Assembly: GCA_964342815.1 (NCBI GenBank)
Contig: CAYFHS010000038.1
Coordinates: 1 to 43,748 of the forward strand
DNA length: 43,748 nucleotides
Source of the DNA: an uncultured archaeon
GTDB taxonomy: Archaea; Thermoplasmatota; Penumbrarchaeia; JASLWR01
Direction: 5' to 3'
This document shows positions 1 to 11,052 of this stretch, piece by piece; within the stretch, counting starts at the first letter, position 1, and the number at the start of each line of letters is the position of its first letter. Under the pieces are notes generated by a model. It was not told where the DNA came from. It worked only from the letters and a program-made list of their open reading frames with translations, and did no database searches. Both the position numbers and the translations under genes were made by a program.

Positions 1-1655
1 TTCCGTTCGCCCGGTGCGATATCCCCTATCTTGTTTCCGGTGAACTCGTCGCGGTTCGCCAGGAATTCCAGATTGAAATCCACGTCGATGTCCAATATGG
101 ATATGGTTGCGATCTTTGCCGTGGTAACACCATATTCGTTCTCCAATTTCGCAATTACGTTGACCACGCACGGCTCGCTCATTCTTCCAAGCGGAGGTGC
201 TGTAACGCTGAGAGTGATGTTATCCATCTCCTTCATTTGGAGCTCCACCCACCACAACTTGCTGCCATCGGGTTGGGTTACACCGTCGTTAGGTGTGTTT
301 GGAGTATCGAGGTCGGCGGACCATCCCGGAAGGGGCTCAGTAATGGTCAGCTCAATCGTATCTGCTTCTGCGTAAGGTCTTGCAAGAGGATTCTCCACGA
401 AACCCAGTTCTGAACCCACAGTGATATTGAACGATACAGTATGCTCGGGCTCCACTAGTTTAACCATAGGTTCCTCTTCACCCGTATCGGCATCCTTCTG
501 CGGTGAAAGAGCGACCTCGTTGGGCCGGCTTATACCGAGATTTAGGGTATTAATGGCCATTGCCGTTCCCCATTTATCACCATATGATCCGCTCCAGCTT
601 CCATCCTGTCGTTGAGCATCCAGGAGACCGGTCTGAACTCCCTCATTCCAGGTCCTCCATTCCTCGCCGCCCACAAGATACATGGAGATGGTGGCATGGT
701 ATGTGTAGTAATGCCGGGATATCTGGTATGTCGGACCCCAATTCAAAAGTGATCTCTTGGCACCCTGTGCCGATGGGTCGTCGCCTTTTCCCATTAAGAA
801 CATGCAGTAGGTCCCCACAGCAGTATTTGTATTCGATGTGTATGCACCGCTGTAACCGTAACCGCTTCCGCTTGAACATGATTTCAACCATTTTATAGCA
901 TATTCGAAAGCATCATCTGGGACATCGTAGATACCGGCGGATTCAGCAAGAACGATGGCATGAATGTTCCATCCTGAAAGTGAGGTATCCGACGATGTGG
1001 TCTCCGGTTGGTATCTCCATCCACCCTGGCTCCTGGGGCCGCCCATTGTATTTGGTTTCCGAGGGGTGTTCTGGGCGCGAATGATCATTTCAACAGAAGC
1101 ATTTATGTAAGGAATTATGGAAATGTCGTGGGTATGGAAATAATAATCAATTATTGCTGCTGTGGCAGCACCATGCGAGTACATGGCACCATGAGTATAT
1201 TGGGGCGCGAACCTATCATTGTTTATAAGACCACCCAATCGATCTCTCTGCTGTCCAGCGGGATAATCCGCAGGATCATGCCAAATATATCTTAAAAATC
1301 GAACCGCCCCTTCAATTGCATCCTGCCATCTGGGGTCGGTTGCATTGTAATCTATAAAAGATCGGAGAGCGTTCCCCGCACAGTTGGCATTCTTGCTGTA
1401 ACGACTATCAGCCCAACCGCCATCGGGTGACTGGCTTTCGTTCAGATATACAAGTCCCCGCTCTATTGCTTCTTTTACGTCCTCCAGGTCGTACTTTGCA
1501 CGACTGGTCTCTTTTTTCATATCATTTCCATAAATGACACTTGAACCGCGTTCCTCATGAAAAATTCGCATACCTGCCATAATTGTAGGTACCAAGAACA
1601 GCACGATTATACTCGCTATCATAATTCTTTTGAAAAGACTTCCCACGTTTTCCAT
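1..1655 (-). CDS. Secreted prenyltransferase/squalene-cyclase-repeat (QW-motif alpha/alpha barrel) protein with downstream Ig/NEW3-like beta domains; 3'-partial, not in ORF track
   Basis: Hand translation: ATG at 1655 after GGTGA SD, open for 551 codons to the window edge. MENVGSLFKRIMIASIIVLFLVPTIMAG (signal peptide); AIERGLVYLNESQSPDGGW, MIIRAQN...GGWRYQP, LLDAQRQDGSW (QW repeats); then beta-rich TVSFNITV...LPGWSADL...ITLSVTAP. Confidence 0.85.
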   Translation of the reverse strand, partial: MENVGSLFKRIMIASIIVLFLVPTIMAGMRIFHEERGSSVIYGNDMKKETSRAKYDLEDVKEAIERGLVYLNESQSPDGGWADSRYSKNANCAGNALRSFIDYNATDPRWQDAIEGAVRFLRYIWHDPADYPAGQQRDRLGGLINNDRFAPQYTHGAMYSHGAATAAIIDYYFHTHDISIIPYINASVEMIIRAQNTPRKPNTMGGPRSQGGWRYQPETTSSDTSLSGWNIHAIVLAESAGIYDVPDDAFEYAIKWLKSCSSGSGYGYSGAYTSNTNTAVGTYCMFLMGKGDDPSAQGAKRSLLNWGPTYQISRHYYTYHATISMYLVGGEEWRTWNEGVQTGLLDAQRQDGSWSGSYGDKWGTAMAINTLNLGISRPNEVALSPQKDADTGEEEPMVKLVEPEHTVSFNITVGSELGFVENPLARPYAEADTIELTITEPLPGWSADLDTPNTPNDGVTQPDGSKLWWVELQMKEMDNITLSVTAPPLGRMSEPCVVNVIAKLENEYGVTTAKIATISILDIDVDFNLEFLANRDEFTGNKIGDIAPGER

Positions 1656-1768
1656 ATGAATCACCGATATTACAGTCTAGAATAGGTCGAATTATTTAAC
1701 ATCATACTCGTATAAATAAATATTGATACATATCTTGAATTGAGTATTATAATATTGGATGGATCGGA

Positions 1769-3127
1769 TTACCTTCTTTCAGGCGATACCTGTATCTTTT
1801 CCAATACCTCGGTCCTTTCAACGAACCTGATCCCCATCATTTCCAATTCTTCGAGAATGGGTTCATATATCCCAGGTTCCACGGGTATACGCACGCCTGT
1901 CTGAGATATTTGACCATCAATAATCATCCTTGCCCCTATTGCTGCTGGCAGCGCTACCGTCCTCGCTATGGCCGTATCCCCGTTTGGGATGCCATAATCG
2001 ACCAAAGTGGACGTTGTGTACTCTTGATGTCGGTCCGGGAACTCAGCGGTAAATTCATGGAAGAGAACGCACATATCTATATCATTCTCCTCCATTGGCA
2101 TCATCTTAAGCATTTTCGAGGCGAGTACATCAAGAAGCGAACAGTCCTTCACCGGTATCTTTTCATCACTGGTAAGACCTAACCACTTCAGTCTTTTAAT
2201 AATGGCAGAATTGGCCCTGAGCTTCAGAGAACTGATCAGGTCTTCGACGAGATCCCCATTACCTGTAACCAAACCTCGAAGAACTTGGGCATATGTATTT
2301 CCACCTAAATCTTCCCGGACAGTCTCATCCATATATCCCAACTCTACAATAGCCTTCAGCGTTTCACACCATCCCGGAAACCTCAGCGTTCCCCGATACA
2401 CACCTTTGGAATCCGCTATTCCATATATCTCGCCGTAGGGAAGTGAATCCCTGTTTGGATAATTCTCGAATACACCAACGCCGGGAACTGTCTTGAACTC
2501 ATATCCATCGAAGAGTACCGGACCTGGAACATTCACCACGACACCATCTTTCAGGAACCTGGCGGAATTCTTGCTTGCCAGAATAACCCCCTTCGGGGCC
2601 CAGGAGAACTTGTAACCCATGGGATTTGTATTGGTTTGATGGGCGGGTAGGGCACCACAGCAAGAACTGAAATTGATAATCTTTCCCCCGCGTTTCTGTA
2701 CATCATGTATGATTCGCATTGCTGACATGTGATCTATGCCTGGATCAAGACCGCATTCGTTCAATAATATTATTCCTCTCTCCCGCGCGTCTAGGTCCAG
2801 CTCTTTCATTTCAGGACTTACGTAGGAAGTTGTCACCATGTTCTTGCCGTGTTTGATGCATAGTACAGCTACATTGACGTGAAGGTAGTATGGGAGCAGA
2901 CTGATGACTAGATCAGATTTTATTATAAAACGTTCCAGTTCATTCTCGTCTGTAACGTCCAGTTCCATGGCTTCGCCCCGTAAATGTCCGTTGATAAGTG
3001 CTATTGCCTTAGCCATGGTTCGGCTGGCCACTTTTACTCTTATTACGCAATGTTCCAAAAGATATCTTACGAGAGGTCTTGAAACCATTCCCGCACCGAG
3101 TATTAGAACGTCTCTCATCTTGATCAT
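1769..3127 (-). CDS. Saccharopine dehydrogenase (L-glutamate-forming; AASS C-terminal/Lys9-like)
   Basis: VLILGAGMVSRP Rossmann motif, DLVISLLPY, NMVTTSYVS, NECGLDPGIDHMSAM, CGALPA..TNPMGYKFSWAPKG, YRGTLRFPGW. Confidence 0.92.
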   Translation of the reverse strand: MIKMRDVLILGAGMVSRPLVRYLLEHCVIRVKVASRTMAKAIALINGHLRGEAMELDVTDENELERFIIKSDLVISLLPYYLHVNVAVLCIKHGKNMVTTSYVSPEMKELDLDARERGIILLNECGLDPGIDHMSAMRIIHDVQKRGGKIINFSSCCGALPAHQTNTNPMGYKFSWAPKGVILASKNSARFLKDGVVVNVPGPVLFDGYEFKTVPGVGVFENYPNRDSLPYGEIYGIADSKGVYRGTLRFPGWCETLKAIVELGYMDETVREDLGGNTYAQVLRGLVTGNGDLVEDLISSLKLRANSAIIKRLKWLGLTSDEKIPVKDCSLLDVLASKMLKMMPMEENDIDMCVLFHEFTAEFPDRHQEYTTSTLVDYGIPNGDTAIARTVALPAAIGARMIIDGQISQTGVRIPVEPGIYEPILEELEMMGIRFVERTEVLEKIQVSPERR

Positions 3128-3183
3128 ACCTTATCGAGGAAAATCGGTCCGCAGAATATCAGCTAAAATACACGACCTAGGAA

Positions 3184-4491
3184 TTAACCCAGATAACTTT
3201 CCATATACTTGAAATCAGGAGTGAACTTACCTTTATAGAGTATTATGGCATTTTTGATCTCATTAGGGAGTCGGAGTGCCTCGAAGGAGGAGTCAAAATC
3301 GGCTCTTGATAGGGCCGGAATGTAATTCTTCAATACTCCGGAAAAATACATGGAGGATTCCCAGGGGAACTCCGCCGGAAGGTTATCCACAGCCAATATA
3401 CATGGTCCGTTCCCTTCCCATCCGGGCATAACTGAGTCGGTATCCACATCATAAACATACACAGGGTTGTCCGGTTGTGTGCAATGAGTGGTGCATTCTA
3501 TCCCGCCTTCGATGTCACAGCTTATATCCCCAATAATTTGTAGTTTATTATTGACGTTCCCTGAGAAGAGACGGTGCACGGAGTCCTTCGTGAGCAGCCG
3601 TGGATACTTTTCATCCCAGTAATTACAGTTCATAAGAACGGTCAGGTGAGGTGTGTATCTTTCGAACACCGAGCGGTATTTCTGGGGCGATCGATAGTAA
3701 TCCTGCAGTTCGAATAAGCTTTCCGGATCTCTTGGTACGACGATATGTTCCTCCTTGAAAACTACCTTGTAGATTCCATTAGCGTTCGTATGGGGAGAAA
3801 TACGATCCAATTCAAGTGGATCGACCTCAGTTGGCTCGAGAATGTCCAATATGACCTGGGCCCCTTTTGAAACGTTGCCGTACCCTGCGATTCCAAATAT
3901 CATCGGTCGAAGTTCCTGTGGCAATTTACCTTTATTAAGCTCATGGGCAAGCTCACGGAGAGCATCCTTTGCCCTTCCCATTGATAAATATTTATAGGCT
4001 TGTTTAATACGAAGAAAAGGTGTTTTAAATCCCAGGAAATCCAGTCTTCTCCCAAGTGCCCACAGGGTATCGATCATACCTGCTCGCCCTGCATAATGGC
4101 CAAAGAAAATCAACCGCCTACCATCAGCGTCCTTCACCAACTCGTAATCTATCAGGGTGCAACCCATCTCTACCAATCTTTTCAACATGGGTATATTTGG
4201 TCTTTGCCCTTTTATGGTGTGAGAAAAAAAGACATATGTACCGCCCTGCCAGATAAAATCACATGGGAATTCCTTGACTCCCACCACTATTGAACTCCCT
4301 GACAGGTCCTCATTTATTTTCGTTCCTATACTGGCGTATTCTCCATCCGGATATGCTCTGTTAAGGGCTGGCTGCACGACGAAGGAGACGCCGTGTTTTC
4401 GGATCAGCTTCTCCACATCATGCGGTACCAATGGAACTCTTTTTTCCCATACGCTCTTATCTTCCCTTCGGATGCCTATGATGTTTGACAT
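3184..4491 (-). CDS. Lysine-ketoglutarate reductase (AASS N-terminal LKR / Lys1-like domain)
   Basis: IGIRREDKSVWEKRVPLVP, FFSHTIKGQ, LIDYE, FFGHYAGRAGMID, GYGNVSKGAQ, IGDISCDIEGGIECT, ILAVDNLPAEFP. Confidence 0.9.
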   Translation of the reverse strand: MSNIIGIRREDKSVWEKRVPLVPHDVEKLIRKHGVSFVVQPALNRAYPDGEYASIGTKINEDLSGSSIVVGVKEFPCDFIWQGGTYVFFSHTIKGQRPNIPMLKRLVEMGCTLIDYELVKDADGRRLIFFGHYAGRAGMIDTLWALGRRLDFLGFKTPFLRIKQAYKYLSMGRAKDALRELAHELNKGKLPQELRPMIFGIAGYGNVSKGAQVILDILEPTEVDPLELDRISPHTNANGIYKVVFKEEHIVVPRDPESLFELQDYYRSPQKYRSVFERYTPHLTVLMNCNYWDEKYPRLLTKDSVHRLFSGNVNNKLQIIGDISCDIEGGIECTTHCTQPDNPVYVYDVDTDSVMPGWEGNGPCILAVDNLPAEFPWESSMYFSGVLKNYIPALSRADFDSSFEALRLPNEIKNAIILYKGKFTPDFKYMESYLG

Positions 4492-4779
4492 TCCATATCC
4501 TCCGGAACCGGCGATCCACCTAATTCATTTAAGGTTAAGTATTTCGGAGTAATTAACTGTTTGCCATACACAGCATTGAAAGCCATGGAGGCCGGATAAA
4601 TGGAATGAAACGAAGTCTATTTTACCCATGAAAATGTAAGGTACAGTAAAAGAAGCATCTCACCCGGCGGTTTCCAATCCGATTATCCGTGAAGAGACCC
4701 AAAATGTTTATTATTAACAAGAATAATACAACCGGGTACCGAAATTACCCACATAAGCTCGAACGGCTAAATTGGTAAA

Positions 4780-5757
4780 ATGGGGATTATCATGTCCGTA
4801 AGGAATATTGAAAAAATGTTGGTGACCGGCTCAGTGGGACAGATAGGTTCCGAACTCACCGTGGAACTAAGAAAAAAATACGGTAGCGGCAATGTTGTAG
4901 CCATGGGTAGAAGAACAAAACCCTCTGAGGAACTGCTGAAGGGAGGCCCCTTTGTCTGGGGTGACATTACCGATAAAGAAAAACTTATCAATATTGTTGA
5001 TGAATACGAGATCGATACTATATTTCACATGGCAGCCATACTATCAGCTGTTGGAGAGCAGAATCCACAGCTTGCGTATCGAGTTAACATGAATGGATTA
5101 TACAACATCCTCGAGATCGCCAGAGAAAAAGAGCTGAAGGTATTCGGACCCAGCTCCATAGCAGCATTTGGTCCGGAGACCCCGAGAGACAACACCCCTC
5201 AGGAAACGGTACTGCGGCCCAGAACAATGTACGGAGTCACCAAAGTGGCTGGTGAATTACTCTGTGACTACTACTTCAACCGTTACGGAGTGGATGTCAG
5301 GGGACTTAGATATCCCGGTATCATCAGCTACAAAACACCACCGGGGGGCGGCACTACCGACTACGCGGTGGCCATCTATTATGAGGCAATAAAAAATGGA
5401 AAATATACCTGTTTCGTCGGACCGGATACCATGCTGCCAATGATGTATATGCCTGACTGTATCAAGGCTACCATTGATATAATGGAAGCGCCACTTGAGA
5501 ACCTATTACATCATTCCGATTTCAATGTCGGGGCAATGAGCTTTTCCGCAAGAGAACTGGCAGCTTCGATAAAAGAATTTATTCCGGAATTCACATGCAG
5601 CTACGAGCCGGATTTCCGCCAGGAAATAGCTGATTCGTGGCCGAAATCCGTTGACGATTCCGCCGCCCGAAAAGAATGGGGTTGGGAACCCTGTTACGAT
5701 CTCCCGGCCATGACCGAAGATATGCTTTACAACCTGAGAATTAAATTAACCCTTTGA
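4780..5757 (+). CDS. tdh: L-threonine 3-dehydrogenase, SDR/epimerase type
   Basis: LVTGSVGQIGSEL, HMAAILSAVGEQNP, PSSIAAFGPETP, YGVTK (YxxxK), PGGGTTDYAV, RQEIADSWP; directly upstream of kbl. The start could also be ATG 4792. Confidence 0.9.
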   Translation: MGIIMSVRNIEKMLVTGSVGQIGSELTVELRKKYGSGNVVAMGRRTKPSEELLKGGPFVWGDITDKEKLINIVDEYEIDTIFHMAAILSAVGEQNPQLAYRVNMNGLYNILEIAREKELKVFGPSSIAAFGPETPRDNTPQETVLRPRTMYGVTKVAGELLCDYYFNRYGVDVRGLRYPGIISYKTPPGGGTTDYAVAIYYEAIKNGKYTCFVGPDTMLPMMYMPDCIKATIDIMEAPLENLLHHSDFNVGAMSFSARELAASIKEFIPEFTCSYEPDFRQEIADSWPKSVDDSAARKEWGWEPCYDLPAMTEDMLYNLRIKLTL

Positions 5758-5779
5758 TAACTACAAGGAGAGAATCATT

Positions 5780-6970
5780 ATGGAAAGACATCCGACAGCC
5801 TTTTTAAATGAAGAGTATCAGGAACTCGTTGAAAAGGGATTCAACTGGGACTTGAGAATTCTGCAGGGAGGTTCGACCCCCCGATGCAACGTAGACGGTA
5901 AAAAGATGATAATGCTCTGTTCGAACAATTATCTGAATCTGAGTAATCACCCACGGATCATAGGGGCGGCAAGGGATATACTGGACACTCACGGTGCGGG
6001 ATCGGGTTCAGTCAGAGCCATTGCCGGGAATATGGACATTCATTTTGAAGCGGAAAGGAAATTGGCCGAATTCAAGGACAGGGAAGCTTCCCTCATATAT
6101 CAGACGGGATTTGCTGTGAATGCCGGACTCATCCCTCAGCTTGCTCCTGGGAGGGAGGACATAATAATCTCCGATGAGTTGAACCACGGATCGATTATAG
6201 ACGGTGTTAGACTTTCCCATGCCGCTCGAGGAGTATTCAAGCACAAGGACATGGGTGAACTGGATGACGTGTTGAAAAAGGCAGACCGTGAGGGAAAAAG
6301 ACGCATCCTTGTGGTAACCGACGGCGTTTTTTCCATGGATGGAGATGTTGCACCCATGGACCAGATATGCAAGCTCGCCATGGAGTACGGGGCCATGACC
6401 TACGTGGACGACGCCCATGGTGAGGGTGTCCTCGGTCACCACGGAAAGGGGATCGGTCATCATTTCGGGGTTGAAGATAAGGTGGACGTCGAGATGGGGA
6501 CATTCTCCAAGGCTTTCGGAGTTGTTGGAGGCCTGGTGGCCGGCAGCCAGGATCTTATAAATTTCGCATACAACAAATCAAGGACCTGGCTCCTTTCTGG
6601 CTCGCACCCCCCCCAGGTTGCCGCAGCTCAGCTTGCGGCCGTTGAAGTGCTCTCTGAGGAACCTGAACACTGGGAACGACTGTGGGAGAACACGAATTAC
6701 TTCAAAAAGGAACTTAATGGCATGGGATTCGATACCGGTGAATCGGAAACACCCATCACCCCCGTCATGTGCGGTGAATCCCACAAGGCAAAGGGACTAT
6801 CCTCCCGATGTGCCGAAATGGGAGTGTTCGCCCTACCCATCGTATTCCCCATGGTGGCGCGGGACAAGGCGCGTATCCGGACCATGATGAATGCCGGGCT
6901 AACAAAAGAAGACCTGGATGAGGCATTGAACGCTTTCGAGAAAGCCGGTAGAGAACTGAAAATAATCTGA
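5780..6970 (+). CDS. kbl: Glycine C-acetyltransferase (2-amino-3-ketobutyrate CoA ligase)
   Basis: LCSNNYLNLS, GAGSGSVRAIAG, SDELNHGSIIDG, TDGVFSMDGD, VDDAHGEGVLG, GTFSKA (PLP Lys), PMVARDKARIR; adjacent to tdh. Confidence 0.9.
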   Translation: MERHPTAFLNEEYQELVEKGFNWDLRILQGGSTPRCNVDGKKMIMLCSNNYLNLSNHPRIIGAARDILDTHGAGSGSVRAIAGNMDIHFEAERKLAEFKDREASLIYQTGFAVNAGLIPQLAPGREDIIISDELNHGSIIDGVRLSHAARGVFKHKDMGELDDVLKKADREGKRRILVVTDGVFSMDGDVAPMDQICKLAMEYGAMTYVDDAHGEGVLGHHGKGIGHHFGVEDKVDVEMGTFSKAFGVVGGLVAGSQDLINFAYNKSRTWLLSGSHPPQVAAAQLAAVEVLSEEPEHWERLWENTNYFKKELNGMGFDTGESETPITPVMCGESHKAKGLSSRCAEMGVFALPIVFPMVARDKARIRTMMNAGLTKEDLDEALNAFEKAGRELKII

Positions 6971-7004
6971 TTTCTTCGCCTATTTACCGATGACTATGGG
7001 CATC

Positions 7005-9515
7005 TTAGGAAAATCGTCTTCTCTTGACGATTATCACCATCAGAATGAATATTAAAGCTGATATCATACCAAAGCCGGGAGTATCTTCATCGATCCTCGT
7101 AGTCCCGTTTCCCCCGGGAGCAACAATCTCATTCGTTTGTTTCGTCGGATCGTCAGGATACAGATCGAGGGTCAAACCGGTGGTACTGGAATTTTCATTC
7201 ATCCCCGAATGCCACACGTCCGGATAACCGTCGGTGTCACGGTCCAGGGATGCAGCAGGATCATGGGGGAATGCATCCAAGTGCAGGAGACTGACGGAAT
7301 CTTCCGCGGTGTACCCGGGATTCCACTCATCGGGAAAGCCGTCCTCGTCGGAATCCAGGGATGCGGAAGGATCCTCGGGAAAATCATCGCTGTTATCGCC
7401 CACTCCATCGCTGTCCGAGTCTATCCACTCCGTTGGATTGTACGGAAAAATATCCAATTTCAGGCCAGTGGTGGAATTCGATTCTATTTGACCGGGATTC
7501 CATTCGTCGGGATAACCATCGCTGTCGGTATCTTTACTTGCAGCCGGGTCATTTGGAAAATCGTCGCTGAGGTCAGGCACTCCGTCACCATCGTCATCCT
7601 CATCAACATCATCAGGCAGACCATCTCCGTCTGAATCATAGGCCTGAATGTCGATAACGTTCAGTTTCAATTGTTCGGCAGGGGTGGAGTTCTCCTTTCC
7701 GTCATTGACTTTGACATATATCCATAATTCGTTTCCCATATGATCCACAAGGTCAAGCTCAACCACAAAATAACTTAGTATGGAAAATTTCTGTTCGGTG
7801 CCTTCGAATTTGACTATCAAATAAAGCTCGTCGCCGTCGATATCCGTAGCCACACCCTCAAGCGTCACATTCGGTAGCACGTGATCACCGTATTTCGGTG
7901 AAGATAGGACCAGCTCCGGCGGGTCGTTTACAGGAGTAATATTGACAAAGAACCAATCGCTATTTGTGAAATTTCCGTCACTTACAGTTATCTCCACAAG
8001 CGCGTTTCCAAAATAATTATCAATGGGAATTATCCTCAACACGTCGTTGGTGCATATCACCAGGACATTCTCACCATGCCCGTTCGATGATATGAATACC
8101 GAGAGATATTCATAATTCGTATCGGGATCATCAATATAATTGTAGAGGTAGAGAGCGGCCAATAATGAAGAATCCTCCTCAAGCTCGAAATCGGGAAAAG
8201 CATTTATCTCAGGCGGGAGAGGAACCTTGATAACCGTGACGTATATCTTGTTGCTGAGGGTGGACCCGCCCTTTGCGTCGGTTGCCCTGACCTTCGTGCT
8301 CACAACCCCGTTATATAATTTATTGCAGGTCGTATTGACGGTGAGAAAATAAGAATCGATTATTGAAAAGCACACGTCATCCGGGTGTGAATTGTAGATT
8401 ATCGTGAAGTTCAGTTCATCATCGGGGGTGGTATCGTCCTCGAAGAATTCCCGGAGGTCCGCAAGACGTTTATCGGGGGAGTTCTGGAATGTGGTGAAAT
8501 TGCCAATACCCTGCTCTATAGCGGGTCCTTCGTTACTGGGTTCCATTGTCAATCGAATATTCCTAGGTGCGATAATATTCCATGTGGTGACATTATCCCC
8601 GTAACCCTCTTTCTCCACCGTGAGTTTGAAGGGATTGAAGGTGGTGGGCCCAACCTTCTTGTACATCATCTGGGTCAGTGTTATGTCGGCGGCCTCACCC
8701 CGATCATTCGTAATTCCCTGGAATTCCTTATAGAGATTATTTCTCTCGAAAGTGATTTTTGCGCCGACCATGGGTTCACCGATCAAGTTCTTGACGCTCA
8801 CATCCACCGGCCAGCACCGATATACTTCAGTCTGCGCGTCCTGAATATCGAGAGTATTGAAGTCATAGCTGCCGTTTATGAAGATGACTGTGCACCCGGT
8901 CCCGTTTTTCCCGGAGAGGTACATACTGGGCTCCCTGGCCGCGCCGATGATCGTATCGTTGAAGATAACCGTGGATGCCTGACCGAATAAACTATGATAC
9001 CAGGAATTATTGATGAGGGAATCCTTTATCGTAATATGACTGTTAGCAACTGCCCCAATACCGTACTTGCAGTTATAGGTCAACGAATTTTCAATTAGAA
9101 AGCGGCCTCCATCGCCTCTGACCCCATACCCCGCGCCGTAGATATGGGCGTACCTGATGATACTGTTCTCGCTGTCCGCGTATATATGTATGGAGCCCCA
9201 AGGGTCCTCGTTGGTGGCCCGTTTGAAGGTGACCGGTTCAGCAAAGGTCCCGTTAACCACTATGGTTCCATGCACCCAAATATCGATTCCCCATTCGAGA
9301 GTTATATTCGTTCCAGCTTCTATCATCAACAAGGTCCCTTTTGGAATGTTGGTGTGGCTGTCCAGATAAACGTTACCATTCCACGTTATTGTCGCCCGAG
9401 TCCGTTTGAGAGATGGTGAAGCGGAATGGAAAGGTATCAGTACCGATAAGAAAAGAGCTGTTGTCATCAAAGCAAATATCACACTTTTTATTCTTTCATT
9501 CTGTAAGAGTATCAT
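7005..9515 (-). CDS. Cell-surface protein: signal peptide, right-handed beta-helix, CarboxypepD_reg-like, cadherin/Ig-like domains, thrombospondin type 3 repeats, PGF-CTERM
   Basis: ATG 9515 after CAGGTG SD (track start 9590 is less likely). GTLLMIEAGTNI...PVTF...WGSI (beta-helix), ITPVNDPP (cadherin-like), DSDGDGLPDDVDEDDDGDG, C-terminal TPGFG + hydrophobic helix + KRRR. Confidence 0.8.
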   Translation of the reverse strand: MILLQNERIKSVIFALMTTALFLSVLIPFHSASPSLKRTRATITWNGNVYLDSHTNIPKGTLLMIEAGTNITLEWGIDIWVHGTIVVNGTFAEPVTFKRATNEDPWGSIHIYADSENSIIRYAHIYGAGYGVRGDGGRFLIENSLTYNCKYGIGAVANSHITIKDSLINNSWYHSLFGQASTVIFNDTIIGAAREPSMYLSGKNGTGCTVIFINGSYDFNTLDIQDAQTEVYRCWPVDVSVKNLIGEPMVGAKITFERNNLYKEFQGITNDRGEAADITLTQMMYKKVGPTTFNPFKLTVEKEGYGDNVTTWNIIAPRNIRLTMEPSNEGPAIEQGIGNFTTFQNSPDKRLADLREFFEDDTTPDDELNFTIIYNSHPDDVCFSIIDSYFLTVNTTCNKLYNGVVSTKVRATDAKGGSTLSNKIYVTVIKVPLPPEINAFPDFELEEDSSLLAALYLYNYIDDPDTNYEYLSVFISSNGHGENVLVICTNDVLRIIPIDNYFGNALVEITVSDGNFTNSDWFFVNITPVNDPPELVLSSPKYGDHVLPNVTLEGVATDIDGDELYLIVKFEGTEQKFSILSYFVVELDLVDHMGNELWIYVKVNDGKENSTPAEQLKLNVIDIQAYDSDGDGLPDDVDEDDDGDGVPDLSDDFPNDPAASKDTDSDGYPDEWNPGQIESNSTTGLKLDIFPYNPTEWIDSDSDGVGDNSDDFPEDPSASLDSDEDGFPDEWNPGYTAEDSVSLLHLDAFPHDPAASLDRDTDGYPDVWHSGMNENSSTTGLTLDLYPDDPTKQTNEIVAPGGNGTTRIDEDTPGFGMISALIFILMVIIVKRRRFS
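7148..7637 (-). repeat. Ca-binding TSP3-like repeats; three ~40-aa units D(D/A)FPxDPxASxDxDxDGxPDxW...TTGLxLDxxP
   Basis: Units: DDFPNDPAASKDTDSDGYPDEWNPG, DDFPEDPSASLDSDEDGFPDEWNPG, DAFPHDPAASLDRDTDGYPDVWHSG; the DNA is also visibly similar between units. Confidence 0.85.
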
Positions 9516-9666
9516 GTTTACCACCTGACGGTTAGTGAATATACATGAAATGTGTTTATGTCTTTGATAAAACTTTCCATTAATATTCAAAATTATAAGC
9601 TTCCGTATGCAGCAATGAAATTACCTCCAAAACATTCAAGAGGATTGAATACTTTCGGGCCCGTAA

Positions 9667-10986
<1,320 letters not shown>

Positions 10987-11052
10987 AACCCAAAATGGTG
11001 AGCATTTTCCACCAGAATAAAATAAAAATCAAGTCGTGGATTAATTATTATA

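Noticed and set aside
31-1295. Short tracked ORFs (31-375 +, 421-615 +, 560-898 +, 643-891 -, 1008-1295 +)
   Set aside because: All are antisense or off-frame shadows of the continuous minus-strand ORF <1-1655.
3128-3183. Possible read-through or frameshift joining LKR and SDH into one AASS-like protein
   Set aside because: The 56-nt gap is out of frame, there is an in-frame TAA just before the SDH ATG, and no slippery site was seen.
4492-4779. Lysine or glycine riboswitch in the LKR/tdh spacer
   Set aside because: No recognisable aptamer consensus; only short AT-rich inverted repeats (e.g. GGGTA-n7-TACCC).
5867-5882. GGAGGTTCGACCCC resembling a tRNA T-loop
   Set aside because: Lies inside kbl (GGSTP codons); no acceptor, D or anticodon arms can be built.
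7148-7637. Repeats considered as a CRISPR array or VNTR
   Set aside because: They are degenerate, in-frame, protein-coding TSP3 units with no identical repeat-spacer pattern and no cas genes.
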